A DNA stretch of 50,048 nucleotides from Girardia tigrina (taxonomy: Eukaryota), in assembly GCA_001938485.1 (NCBI GenBank), contig MQRK01240330.1, positions 1 through 50,048 on the forward strand. The letters run 5' to 3'. Within the stretch, counting starts at the first letter, position 1. Every line of letters starts with the position of its first letter. Positions 1 to 12,515 of this stretch are shown here, piece by piece. Made by a program: the position numbers and the translations under genes. The notes beneath the pieces are model-generated. The model did no database searches. It worked only from the letters and a program-made list of their open reading frames with translations, and was not told the origin of the DNA.

Positions 1-540
1 ACTTTAGCACTACTTATTGTTCTACAAATACTCTTCTTAAACGCTCTAAATCCTTCAGAATATGGAATTTTAATGATTTGTTTGTATTCTTCGGTATTTT
101 CTTCTTTTAATTGTTTTTTTAACTCATGCATCTGTACATAATTTGTCTAATGTTACCCTAATGTTGTGTTCTATTTGCTTATTTGTATACATATTGTCTC
201 TCAAGCGCCTTCTAAGAATATTTAAACCCTGCTTTGTCAGGGTTCACAACCAGCTAAACTGTATGGTTTAACTAAAATACATAAAGCTGGTCATCCACTC
301 CGCCCTGTTTTATCAATGATTGACACGGTTCAGTACAGACTCGCGAAGGTTCTTGATTCACTATTGAGTCCTTTAATTTCAAATGATTTTGAGATTAGGG
401 ATAGTTTTGATTTCAAAGATTTCATTTTGAATCAGGTACCGAAATGTGATTCTGAGTGTATGGTCTCATTTGATATCTCCAGTTTATTCACAAACGTACC
501 TATCGATGAAACCATTGATTTGTGTGACACAAATACGTGT
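1..540. mobile_element. Penelope-like element fragment with internal inversion
   Basis: 1-~228 is minus-strand post-RT sequence (reverse complement matches 48700-48780). ~240-540 is a plus-strand RT N-terminus (GSQPAKLYGLTKIHK...MVSFDISSLFTNVP), homologous to ORF 42500..43075. Confidence 0.85.
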
Positions 541-2149
541 AGAATTGGAATTAATAAATGTTAATAAACAAACATGTTCGTTATTTCTTTTGGAAATAAA
601 TGTCATTTTATCACCGACTTAAAAGTCACTCTCGTTCTGGATTTCGGTCGACACTTGGTCGAGTCTTTTTATTTTAATCTTTCAAGTCCTCACACTTTTT
701 GAAACCTGCCGAAAACGACGAGCGAACCGGCGTGCCGTCACTGTTTGAGTGCAATCTGGAGAACCGGCCGATTTTCAAAAGATGAGCCAACGACTGAGCG
801 TGGCCTTCGACCAGAAGGGATCACGAAAATTAAGCGGCCGGGAGCGGGATCGAACCGAGAGACTGCCCAGACAACATTATTGTAAATATTTAAATGTAAA
901 TTATGAAAATTGGGAGGCAATTAAGTGAAACGATGCTAAAATTCGGAATGAGAATTTGAATAATTTCCAGAGATTATTGAGTCGGGTTTTCATGAAAAAA
1001 TCTTTTTTTGCAGTAAATGTCTTTCGCTAAAATTATGATATCCTTCTAGTAAATTTGGCGAAATAGTTTGCAACAAAAAATATTATCGTAAATTCGGAGA
1101 CGAAATGTTTTATTTTGCGACGTTTTTTTCCTGATCCATTTTTGAGTTCACAAAGAATAATTTTATAAATAATGAAATAAGAAAAAAAGAGAGAGATTTT
1201 TATTTTTAAAAAAATTTGAAATATAATTTAATACTCCGCTAAATATCCGGGGTAATCTGGATCGGAGGGGACCCAGAAGAGGTAGTATACGTCTGGCTGG
1301 TAATTGGTAAATATTTTTCATTGAAAACGTCAATGAATATTTGGAAAAACTCCCCCAACTTTGGGACATATTTTTAATCGGTCTGTGACCGGAATAAAAG
1401 TCTGGCCGACTTTTGTCATTAATTCGCAAATTAATCAGTCATAAAATTAATTAACTGAAACAACTGGACTCATCGTTTTAGATAACATTAAAACAAACTA
1501 TTTGTATCACAAAATTAAAACAATTTCCCGCTTAAATGTCATTTCTGAGGAAACGAATCCGATTATTTTATATTTTTAAACTTTTACTAACGAGTAGAAT
1601 TTATAGTTTTTAAAATGTTTTGATCTCCATTATAAAACTCTCTGTAACTTTCGACTATTTATATAATAAGTTTGAGAAAAAATGAAAATATTTTACAAAG
1701 ATAATTGTTAAAATACTCAATTTATTTAACACTTAAAAATAGGGAAAATTCTTTTTCATTATTTATTTTTTGAAACATATTTATCCTGGACCAGGATCAT
1801 AGTCTTATCCCTCAACAGAATATACATCCCCTGAATATCACATACGTTCTAAATGGGGAGTACAAAAGAAAAACGATCCTGAAATTCTGTTCTGTAATTT
1901 TCTGAAATAATATTTGTAATTTCATCATTTAGAAATTAGGTAGAAAACAAAAAAATGGTTAATAAATGGAAATATTATGGCATGTTGTTACCTCAGTCAA
2001 TGACAGAATAATTTTATTCACATTAAAAATCATTGAGTAAATTAAAATGTGGTTCTCTATTAATTAATTTGGATGGTTTAACCGTCATCATCAGAAAAAA
2101 TCGACTTTAATTTGAAAGTTACTTATACAGTGAATCAGTTAGTGATTAT

Positions 2150-3926
2150 TAGGGACACTTTTTCGCGACCCAAAAACACATTTTTCGTGATCTACAAATG
2201 TCAAATTTCGCGATTATATCACACTTTCAATATATATTTAGAGATACCAATTATTATGACTTTACAAGTACGATTTTTAACACTGAAGAAGGTTTATTGA
2301 TTTTTCATTTTAAGATAACCTGACAGAGTTAAAATTATAATCATGTAAAAGGAAAATAACAGCGTTTCAGAATGTATTAATAGAAAAAAATTTATCCACC
2401 AAAACAAATCGTTCACTCTACTGCATAATTGAATTACAACATGTTGACAGTTTGGCGGTTATCTGTTTTGAAGGTGGTGTGATGGAAATCCAAAATTGCC
2501 TTGTAGCGACTAAACGAGCACTGGATATTGCAAAAATTCAACTGCCCGCTGATACAACTGGGGTGTGTAATCTGCGATTGACTTCCAGAACGCATAAATC
2601 GGAATAGTAAAGGAGGTCTCCGAAGCACTTTGTTAACTCAGCGTCTTCATTGTGATTTAAACCAAGAATGTTGGCACACTCATTTATGGATGTGTCTTCC
2701 ATTGCACCCACAACAGTAAAATCGAATAACTTCGTAACTCGATATTCAACAATAAAAATCAAATCACCTGGCAGTTTCCCACTGTTTGATGTGTAGAGCT
2801 GCAGTTTGAGAATAGACCGGTTCGAAGCACTTTTAATTGTAGAGGTAGCCGTAGCTTGTTGTATTTGTTTAAGTGAAGCAATTAAGTCAAACAACTTGCT
2901 CATACAATTAACTGAAGTAGAATTTCTCCACATGAACTTCTGTATCAAATTTGTAACACAGGAGCAGTTGCGTGCAATGAAATCAATTTTAGACTGCAGT
3001 TTTCATTCATCTGTAGACAGCAACAAGTAAAGTTGCTGAATAGCAGCAGTATCAAATTCATTCTCCCTCTCTTGTATCCCGAATCCTAGATAATACTTCA
3101 ACATTTTTAGTGATAGTCAACTGATCGAAACCAAGTAACCCAAAGTGTTATACATGGTTCCGGAGGATGAGTTGATGACTTCACATTCTACTGACGGAGA
3201 TACGTCAGAAACTGCACACGTATACCAGCAGCCTTAACCAGAATGGTTTGTACAAGTCTAACTATCTTATCAACATTATCAAACGTTTTATGCTACTCTT
3301 TCCCAACTATGTTCAGAATATGAGCAATGCAAGTGACGCGTTGTGGAGCATCTTTTTCTCTATTCAGCAATTCTTTGTGCTTCTTCCTTTCAAATTTATT
3401 TTGAGTCAAGGCAAATGTGGTCTATTGACTTATTGCAGACCCGACAGAATAGGTCAAATCCATCCTCATATAACATTGCATTTCCAAATTCAACAACACG
3501 CTGAGGTGATGTTATATCTGTACTAGCTATTACGACAATCATTTTAACAAAAATTATTTTTTGTATATAGTCGTGCAATTTGAAGGATTATGTTATTAAC
3601 TTGTGTAATTTAAGATATCAATTTATTTAATTTGTATTTTAAAAATAATTTCATTTACGTCTGTAATTTGAAGGATTAATATTTTTACTTGTCTAATTTG
3701 AAGATCATTTCATTTAATTGTGCGAATTTGAAAATTGATTATGGTCTTTATTTAACTTTTATTAATATTCATAAATAAGAAATTATTATTTGAGAATTCA
3801 GTAACAATTTATTTTATTTTTTACAGTTCAGTCATTTTTTGCAATTTTTCATGCTCACAATACTTTTTCGTGTTTTTTCGCGATTTGGTGCTGTTTTTTC
3901 GTGAACGCGAAAAAAAAGTGACCCTA
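2150..3926 (-). mobile_element. Decayed hAT transposon with CGGBP1-like transposase remnants
   Basis: TIRs tagggacactttttcgcg / cgcgaaaaaaaagtgacccta; exact 8-bp TSD gtgattat (2142-2149, 3927-3934). Minus-strand remnants include LFCRVCNKSIDH (zinc finger) and CSFSRYKAIL (ERSFS-like dimerization motif). Confidence 0.85.
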
Positions 3927-4440
3927 GTGATTATACAATTTATGTCATTATTAAATCATTTAAATACACTCAATAAAGTTATGAAGTTTTGACGTTAATT
4001 TTAGGATCCAAATTAAAATGCATATTACATCTTTTATTTAAAATAAACACATTTTAAATCAAGAACAAATAAACAGTGCAAAACACTTTTGTAACACAAA
4101 AGCACCTGTGTAATATAAAAGAAGATGTTTATATCAAATATGAGAGTCGTATTTGTAAAATTCTAGTTGGCAGATCTGTTGACCATGCATGAATTATAGA
4201 CACGTTAGTTACGAAAATAACCCGGTGATTTTAAGTAACATTTTAGCATAAATGTTGCAGTAAGCTTTATTGCACAATTTTTAATATATATATTATCTTC
4301 GAAGCACTTAGAAGCTGAGTAGATAATGGAGGTCAAACACAAGGGATATTGTGCAATTGCTGAACGCATACACTCTTAAAGACTGTGTGCTAATCCTTTA
4401 TTTGTTGATCTTATAATAGTAAAAACAATACTCATCCATT

Positions 4441-4745
4441 AAAAAATATATTTCGACGGATCTACCGTCATCTTCAGGTCACTAATTAATAATCAATTCA
4501 CCTGTATATAAATACAAAAATGATGATTATGTAATCGATTGCATGAAATCATGCTAATCAAAAATTCTCAATAGACTGCTTGACACTGCCGATTGAACAT
4601 TGATTTTAGGGCAACGTGACCTAATTAACAACGCTTCACACGACACTCCCAATGACTATCAAAATGCTTACACAGAATTTTGAAATTATTAATATTAACA
4701 TCACATTTACATTTTTTCCTATGTTCTGTAATATTACTCTTACTC
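4441..4745 (-). mobile_element. Penelope 3' fragment (GIY-YIG C-terminus, UTR and hammerhead motif)
   Basis: Minus strand reads NITEHRKKCKCDVNINNFKILCKHF...LLIRSRCPKINVQ, homologous to 41460-41640 and 44260-44430. Confidence 0.85.
4445..4480 (-). ncRNA. Minimal type I hammerhead ribozyme motif (Penelope-associated)
   Basis: Minus strand: CTGAAGA-t-gacgg-tagat-ccgtc-GAAA-tata-tt; intact core boxes, 5-bp stem II, palindromic stem III. Confidence 0.7.
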
Positions 4746-5196
4746 TCTTTTCGTAAGTAAATGGGGAGCAATTTGAGTATTTGTAAATAAAAGTATCGCT
4801 TTTAATCCATTACATTGTTGTTTATGTGTATAATACCTTAAATAAACTGAACAGTGTTTTTTTGATTTTTGTGCTGTGTCACTTCAAGTGCGTGGCTTGA
4901 TTGAGCTCAATAGCTCCAATGCCATTGAATCCTGGCCTGGTGCCGAACGAAAAAGAACCAAATTATGACGTCACATTTTTAATTACGTGAAATTATTTAT
5001 TTAAATAAAATTTGTATGAGAGTGCTGCTTTTAATAACTACTTATTTTTTTTATAAGTAGAACATCAAATTGTTTTACACGCCATTAGGTTCGACATCAA
5101 AAGTTGAAGTCATAACACCAAAATTTTATTAATACAACTCAATGAAATTTTTTTCGAACTAATTTTCGAGGAACAATTTTTCTGCTGCACAAACCA

Positions 5197-5198
<2 letters not shown>

Positions 5199-5233
<35 letters not shown>

Positions 5234-5293
5234 NNNNNNNNNNNNNNNNNNNNNNNNNNNNNNNNNNNNNNNNNNNNNNNNNNTATATATATA
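5199..5293. repeat. (TA)n microsatellite spanning a gap
   Basis: Direct reading. Other (TA)n tracts at ~16295-16337, ~25623-25648, ~43199-43242 and ~43835-44116. Confidence 0.95.
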
Positions 5294-6759
5294 ATAAAAA
5301 GAAATGTGAATACTTAATTTATTATTTATTTAATTTGAGAATTTTCAAAATTTAATTTACAACCTTATTAAAATTTCGTTAAAATTCCTTAATTTCTCTT
5401 CATTTAAAAAATCTTCACATCGGAAAGTGTTCATTTTAATCGTTAAACATACATTTTTTTATTTAAAAAAAATATTAAAATAATCTTTTTCAATTTATTA
5501 TTATAAAATTGTCATTAAAAATAATCTTAAAATAGACTTTTTCATCTTTGTTATTATCACATTTTCATTTTTTATTATGATGTTTAAATAATAAAATTAT
5601 TATTTTAGACTTTAATTTAAAATATTTTCAACCTTAATATTTCCCAATTTATTAATTTATAAAGATATATTTTTTTAATATTTTGAAAATTCTTTTAGAG
5701 ATTTTAAATACTAAAATTCAAAAATTTATATGAGCTTCCCAAAATCATAAAATTTTTCAAATTGCCACAAAAAAACTAAACCCAAAGTAAAAAAAATTAA
5801 CATATTTAATTGTACCAACAAAATCAAATAAATCACCAAAAACATTTTTTTTCTAAAAAAACGACAATTTAAATTTTATTTATTTCGAAAAAAAATCACA
5901 ATTAATTTCACAAAGTATTTTAAAATTTCATGTTATATTTTTTTTAGAAAAAAACATTAAAATAGAAAAATCAAATAAATTTATTTAAAATCTCAAAAAA
6001 AATCTAATTAATTTAGTTTTTTTTCTTTTTTTTACTATTATTCATCGGTCTTTTTCCACAAACAAACTCTATTAAATTTCCATAATCGAGACAAAAGTCA
6101 AATGATAAAATAATTATCCAAACAGTGATCTTATTATCTCTACTTACATTTATTACTGATGAGTGGACTGATCTATTATTTCACCTAACTTATTTCCCGT
6201 TCAGAAGCAATCTCAGACCGGTCTCAGGAGTATCAGCAACGTTCCAGTGGTGTGGTCAGACTTATCTAAAATTAAATCTTCTTTTTGATTGTCATTAAAA
6301 CTATTTCTCGTAATCTTCATACACAATTAATGAAATAAAGTGACTCGAGGCAACTTTTTTTAATGAAAGACCTACTTAAGAAAGCGGCGAATAATAAGAT
6401 TTTATTATTTATTTATTGAGATAAGTAATTATTATTATTTTAATATTATTATAATTGTATTCTAATTATAGTTATGAAATTTTGTTTTTTATTTATTATT
6501 ATCAATATTATTTGTATTTTTATTATTTATTTTTATTTTATTAAATATTTCAAAGACAAATTACAAAACTTTTTTTGCCTCAAAATCTCTCTTAATGGAT
6601 AAAGTAAATTTGAAAATTTTTATTTTAATAATTAAATTATTTATTATAATTTTTGATGATTTATTTTTTAAATAATTTTTCTTTGCATTGCATTTTTATC
6701 GGTATATCATTTTATTGATTCTTTATCGCGATTTTTCCATTTTTATAACATGAAAAAAA

Positions 6760-7990
6760 CATTAATTCATGCAATTTTTATTTCAATTTTAACTGAGTAA
6801 AAAGCCGTTGATGTTGCACTTGATATTAACCAAGCATTTGGGGAAGGAACCATAATTGAACGTACAGTCCAATCGGGCTTTGACATATTTTGCGGTGATA
6901 GTGAGAATCTTAAATATAATAAGCTTAATTTTCGACGTCTGAAATCGATAATGACAATTGAAGCAATAGTTAAAAGCAATTCATCGACAACTGCTCGAGA
7001 ACTTGCTTGTCAATTTTTAACGTCACCTAAAACATTGTCGAACCACTTAGAGGCAATCGGTCTGTTAGAAGTCTTCGAGATTGTCATAATAATTTATTCA
7101 AAAACAATAAGATCTTCTAAAAGAAGCTTAAATGAGGAATATCATCAGTATATATATTGATTAATGCCGTCATCAAACTGGGTCAAACATACACTCATTC
7201 ATTTCACCATACACACTATTTCGGTCATGGCCTATTACATAACAATACAGACATCACACGTAGAAGTTCTATGTACTAGAATTTTCTATGATAGAACATT
7301 CCATACATACATTCCGCAATATACATTTATTAGTTTTGATTATAATTCCCCTCACATGGTCAAAGTAAAAAAATCGATAAATGGGTTCCTCATGAACAGA
7401 ACGACTACTAAAGGAAACACTGGCACGAAGTGTTATCGTCACTTCTATTGCGCAATAAAAATGAACCACTTTTAAACCGGATTGTCATTTGAGATGAAAA
7501 CTGGGTTTGTTATAATAATTGGAGAAGCTCAAGTCATTGGATAAATGTTGATGAAGCTAAAAGAAATTTCCGAGCCACAGTTGCACGAATTAAAGGTTAT
7601 ACTATCTGTTAGGTGGTCTGCAACTGGTATTACATTTTACAGAAAAGTACTATGAAAAACAAAAGTAAGAAGAGATACATCAAAAGCTTCAAGTAAAAGA
7701 ACCAGCATTGGTCAACAAAAAGTTCACTTTATCCTCTCATACAATACTCTTTCGCAAGACCTCCAAACTCATAAGTAATTAAAGGACTTATGCTACAATA
7801 TTTTGTCTCATCCTCCAAACTTACTAAGCGATTATCACTTTTCGAGCATTTCAGCCTCTTCCTATGTGGAAATATTTCAATGGACTGAGCAATATTGAAA
7901 GTGCCTTTATTGATTATATTGTCAGCAGAACGAAATGCGTTTTGCGACTGACATAAATTCATTGGTATGGTGTTTGCAAAAAAAATCTGC
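6760..7990 (+). mobile_element. Decayed mariner transposase, interrupted by an insertion
   Basis: Remnants INQAFGEGT, TTARELA...SNHLEAIG, KWVPHE, LNRIVI*DENWVCYNN, with many stops and frameshifts. Confidence 0.8.
7063..7356. mobile_element. Probable solo LTR (294 bp)
   Basis: Begins tgt and ends aca; flanked by cggtc / tggtc (5-bp TSD, one mismatch); splits the mariner coding sequence between HLEAIG and KVKK...WVPHE. Confidence 0.7.
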
Positions 7991-8189
7991 AAACCCCGAT
8001 TTTTCATTATATTTTAACATATAACAACTGTGGTACTAAAAATTTTATTCATTTTTCTTTTGCGGAAGAAACAAAGAGCCAAACCATTTATCTGAAAAAA
8101 CTTAGCGTCACCTGAAAATTTAGATATTACTAAAGAAAGCATAAAATAAAATGAACATAAATTTTATTAAAAATAAATGAAGTTAGTTA

Positions 8190-8630
8190 ATATTTATTTG
8201 CACCGAAATTTACGGTCATGCAGTTCTTGTAGGCGATGCTATTAAACTTGCGCAGCTGCCATTTGAAATTTCGGGTTTACAAACTTTCAGTATTTTAGAA
8301 ATTAATTTCCTTTCGATATCATCAGTCGTCTGTCTCAACCATGATGACACGTACATTTTCGATGGGGCTCATGTCTGGATTGTTCGATGGCCAAAACAGT
8401 CTTGTAAACAGAATTCTCCAAGTACCATTGTCTAACAACTGGTGAGCAACGACACGGTGCATTGTCATCTTGAAACACCCAATAACTGAGGGTAGCCTCT
8501 GTGAAAAAAACTCTCTAGTAGTTTCTAATAACCCAATTTCTAAGATTTCTTCTGAATTAGCTGTTCCTTCTAACCTATGAATTATCTCATTTGTTTTCTT
8601 GAATTACAACCCCAAAGCATAACACTTTAG
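8190..8630 (-). mobile_element. Tc1-family transposase fragment
   Basis: Minus strand encodes VFQDDNAP and WPSNNPDMSPIENV (second D and E of the DDE triad). Confidence 0.8.
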
Positions 8631-8659
8631 GATGTCAACATTTTTGTCGAACACTACTC

Positions 8660-9650
8660 AAATATTTGAACTTTGGGTGTTATTGAAACCACTTTGACAT
8701 CGCCTAGATTCTTGCAAATACTCTTCTTAAATACTTTAAATACTTTAGAATATGGTATTTATATTATTTGTTTGTGCTCTTCAATGTTTTTTTCCTTTAG
8801 TCCCTTCTCAATCCGTGTTTGTGTACATAATTTTTTCAATGTAACCTTTTTCATGTTTTGATCTATCTGTTTGATTGTGTACATCAAGCGTCCTTAAGCT
8901 TATTTAAATCATGGTCTGCGATTGCGATCTAATCTGATTTATAAATTTAATTGTCACGGGTGTAAAAACTCTTACATTGGTGAGATCAGGGATCAACTGT
9001 GCGGCCAGTGGGCATACTTCTACATAGTATCCCTGAGTAACTAGAGATCTCTGTCTCTAGGCTAAAGTGTCCAAGAGCTAGCCGATTATTGCGAACAGCC
9101 GGCAATATATCGTATTCAGGAATGGGCCAGCAATCCATTCACTAGGCTACGCTTTATAATCTGGGTGTGAAGGCTATGGGGAGTAGTGACCCCGCTGTCG
9201 GTGGTTGGGTTGCATCTTAATGATCTGGGATGAATCAATCCCGGTGAAGGGTGTGGTAATGACGTCGTTGCATCTTCGGACAGGCGGAACTAAGGTATGG
9301 ATCCCAACATTGGGGGAGTACCCGTTGAGAACCATCAGCGTCCCAGGCCTCCTAAAAAGCCTCAGGCTTAATACCGTTAAAGGAGTAGAGGTGCACATTC
9401 GAGAGATAAATAGTCATCTCAAAACCAGGATTAATGATCATTCAGAATCGAGTCGATCGAGTAAGGTTACACTTTAAAAATAGAATCTCTTCTGTTTCAT
9501 AGGATGGGTTTTTTGGTTAACAGAAGGACTTTTATTAGCACTCTGAGCGGCAGTTCTGTGAATCATTTTTGATAAGATGCTACAACCCATTAATAAACAT
9601 TCAAAATAGGAACAGTGAGACAATCTCAATTCTAAAAAACTTTAATTAAA
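8660..9650 (+). mobile_element. 5'-inverted Penelope fragment, interrupted by a 408-bp insertion
   Basis: 8660-~8910 is minus-strand linker. From ~8915 plus-strand GIY-YIG (NLIYKFNCHGCKNSYIGE) resumes at ~9400 (EINSHLKTRINDH); collinear with 48835-49142. Confidence 0.85.
8987..9394. mobile_element. Unclassified GC-rich structured insertion with 13-bp TSD
   Basis: Flanks acattggtgagat (8974-8986) and acattcgagagat (9395-9407), 11/13 identical. No TIR, no poly(A) tail, many short inverted repeats. Confidence 0.7.
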
Positions 9651-10937
9651 CTAAATAGAAAAATATTGCGGTTAGTATCCAATAAAATGCAGAAAAATTA
9701 AATAATTACTGATGCAATCTCCAATTTATTAACATTTCATGATCTTACACATTACATTGTAATTCCAAAACAAGTACAGTAATCAGTTTCTTAAAAAAGC
9801 TTTCACAAAATAATTTTTCAAAAGAAAATACATATCTATAAAGTAAAATTGAAATGGAAAATTTTAGTTTGTGAATTACAAGAGCGGTTTTCAAGATTTT
9901 TTACATCCCGGGTCAAAACATCTCTTCCTAACATTGGGTATTTGTTTCAGCTTCATAGACTCAAACAAATGTGAAATGCCAAACATTCTTGAAGAAAAAC
10001 AATGATAATTCAATTATGACTCTCAGAAAAATGTTTAGTTCCTGTAATTACTCATTATGTTTCAGTAATTTATCATAAATTAAACATTCTACTTTAATAA
10101 ACATTAATTTTGAGCTGTTGGGTATCATTTTTCAGTTTCTAAAAAACTTTTCTACTCGTCAAGTAATTCTAAGAGGTTGTTTTGTGAGTCATTATTGATC
10201 AGACATTTTAATTCATTGATTAACATACAATAAAACTAGTAAATCAAAAATTTTTTATATCCATTCTTTATGCGGACAAAACTCTACTTGGCCAACAGAA
10301 TATTTTGTTATCTTTTTTAGAATGGAAAATTACTATTTCATTTTTTAATAAATGTATTATGTTATAAGTAACTATTTATATCTTTTGCTGATGGAAAAAT
10401 TTCATAAAAAAATTGACAACTCCATTTTGCAATTAAATAGTTACTAATAACATAATAAATTTATTATAAAGACTGGAAGTAAAAAGAAAAAATCTATTTA
10501 ATACGGTTTAAACATTTGTGGATAATCGTAACACGTTTTTGGCAATTTTTTAAATTTAATATTTCGATCAAATTTTCACACAGTCATTTATTATCATCGA
10601 GAATGAGTAAGTGAGCAAAGATTGGAGAAAATCGATTGAGTAAAAAGCCTTCAAAAATCGGTTTCTAAATGCCATAGAAAGCAAGCTAATATCAAGCATG
10701 GAAAATGACAAATAAATTATGAGAGATTGTTTTGTGAGTCATTATCGATCAGACATTATAATGCATTGACTAACATACAAAAAGTCTAAAGTGAAAAATA
10801 TAAAATTCGTTAGTTGATTATTTATATTTATTTATAATAATTCAATTCAAACTTGTGCATTAGTTTAAACAAAAAAAATTTAATTGTTAAATTACATAAC
10901 TTTCAATAAAATACGGATCAAATTTTTTTTATATTTA

Positions 10938-11195
10938 TCAATGTAGAAACGGTTGAGAGGATGACGATAAAGTGTCTTTTGAATCTACCGAGGAGGATTG
11001 TGAAAATGCGATGTAATAATTCATATCAGTTTCATGGGTCTCTTTGAATTCGTGCTGCTGTTCTCCTTCACTGTCGGATGAGTGGGATGACTGATTTTGT
11101 GAATGATCCGCTTCGATTCCTGCGTTGCGGCGTGCTGTCGCCATTTCAGCTGCACTTCGCTTGCGCCATTTCGTACGACGATTTTGAAACCATAC
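10938..11195 (-). CDS. Nkx6: NK6 homeobox gene, coding exon 3 (recognition helix and C-terminus)
   Basis: Encodes VWFQNRRTKWRKRSAAEMATARR through to TGA. Acceptor tctttctacaag|GTATGG is phase 0 and joins QVK|VWFQNRR. Total CDS 816 nt = 271 aa plus stop. Confidence 0.95.
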   Translation of the reverse strand, partial: VWFQNRRTKWRKRSAAEMATARRNAGIEADHSQNQSSHSSDSEGEQQHEFKETHETDMNYYIAFSQSSSVDSKDTLSSSSQPFLH

Positions 11196-11731
11196 CTTGT
11201 AGAAAGACATATTTAAATTATAATTTGAAACAAATTTTAAATATATGTTATTTATATTTTGGAATTCCATGTGCAATAATTGTTTCAATATAAATTAAAG
11301 ATATTGTTTTTAATATTTGTGAGAATTTTCAACATTCATTTCAATAAGAAAAGATCTGTTTTAACGTCCAAACCTTTAAAAATGAATCTGAAATCGATAA
11401 CGATCCAGACAAGTTTTGATGAAGAGGTACAGTTACATATAATTATATTGACAACTCTTTTATAGTTTTATTAAAAAATGTTTTTAAAAGTTAGAAGAAA
11501 AAGAATATGAATTGATTTATTTGATATTTTTAATGTAAAAAACATTCAAATAATACTAACAATATATTTGTATTTTCAGAATAATGTAATGAAGCCCATA
11601 ATGTTAGTTATGCTTTTCTCATTATTTGTTTGATATTAGACCTAAGAGAGAACAACATAAATATTCATAAATATCTTAAATTCCCGACGTTTTGAGCATC
11701 TAAACAAAACTGTTATACCGAAATAAGTATA

Positions 11732-12119
11732 ATCATACCAAAAATATTTTTGGTGTACAAGCTTTTATAAGTTGTCATATGATTGTGGTTCTGTATCTAT
11801 TTCACCCACTTCCCACATTATTTTGACTGAATTATCAAAGTCTACTAGGCGAAAACCCGCTTTCTATTTGCATTTAGATGTAGCAAATTTCAAAGCCTAC
11901 TACTGAGGAAAACATGAGAACGACACTAATTACTTTTTGCGACCAAACTAAAGGCGGTAGATGAGCAGTGACAGTGAAAACGTGTTTTTTCACATTGAAT
12001 ACATCAGTCCTGAAAGTTTCATGTCGCCAGGTGAACGGGAAGTGCGTGAATTTTCGATCGCAAGATTTGATGCATCCAGACAGACAAACAAATGAAACGC
12101 AATAAAAGCTTGTAAAAAA
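11732..12119 (-). mobile_element. Helentron-associated (HINE/DINE-1-like) non-autonomous element in Nkx6 intron 2
   Basis: Inverted copy at 46197-46558; subterminal inverted repeats tacaagctttt / aaaagcttgta; (gaca)n tract; terminal hairpin accaaaa...ttttggt. Confidence 0.7.
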
Positions 12120-12515
12120 GGCTGAAACAGCGCCCAAGGTAAGACTTGTTAGACGGACCTCTCGGCTGCCTACTCAGCCTACTCTATATGGGAGCTCCGA
12201 TGCAATATGACTCAAAAGACTTTGTTGCAGATTTAGGTCGGTACACATTTTGTTAATCGAAATAAAACAAACAGAATTTTTTAAAAGTTAAAATGTGGGA
12301 ACAATTTTTATAGAAAACCTAGCTGTAAAATTGAACTTAAAATTAAAGGATAGTATTCACTATTAGTATATCAGTCATTAATTGATCTGATGTTTCTGTT
12401 TTTACAATGGAATGTCTTAATAATAATAATAATTTTTTACGATGTCCTAAAAAACTTGTAATGAATGTTCTCCGTTAGATCAAAGAAAATCAATTAATCT
12501 TTGATTTCATATTAA

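Noticed and set aside
8987-9394. Group I intron or hammerhead retrozyme explanation for the insertion
   Set aside because: I found no P/Q/R/S consensus and no CTGANGA...GAAA core on either strand, and a 13-bp TSD does not fit an intron.
9174-9477. ORFs of 74 and 90 aa within the GC-rich insertion
   Set aside because: No recognisable motif; expected by chance at this GC content; the plus ORF simply runs into Penelope sequence.
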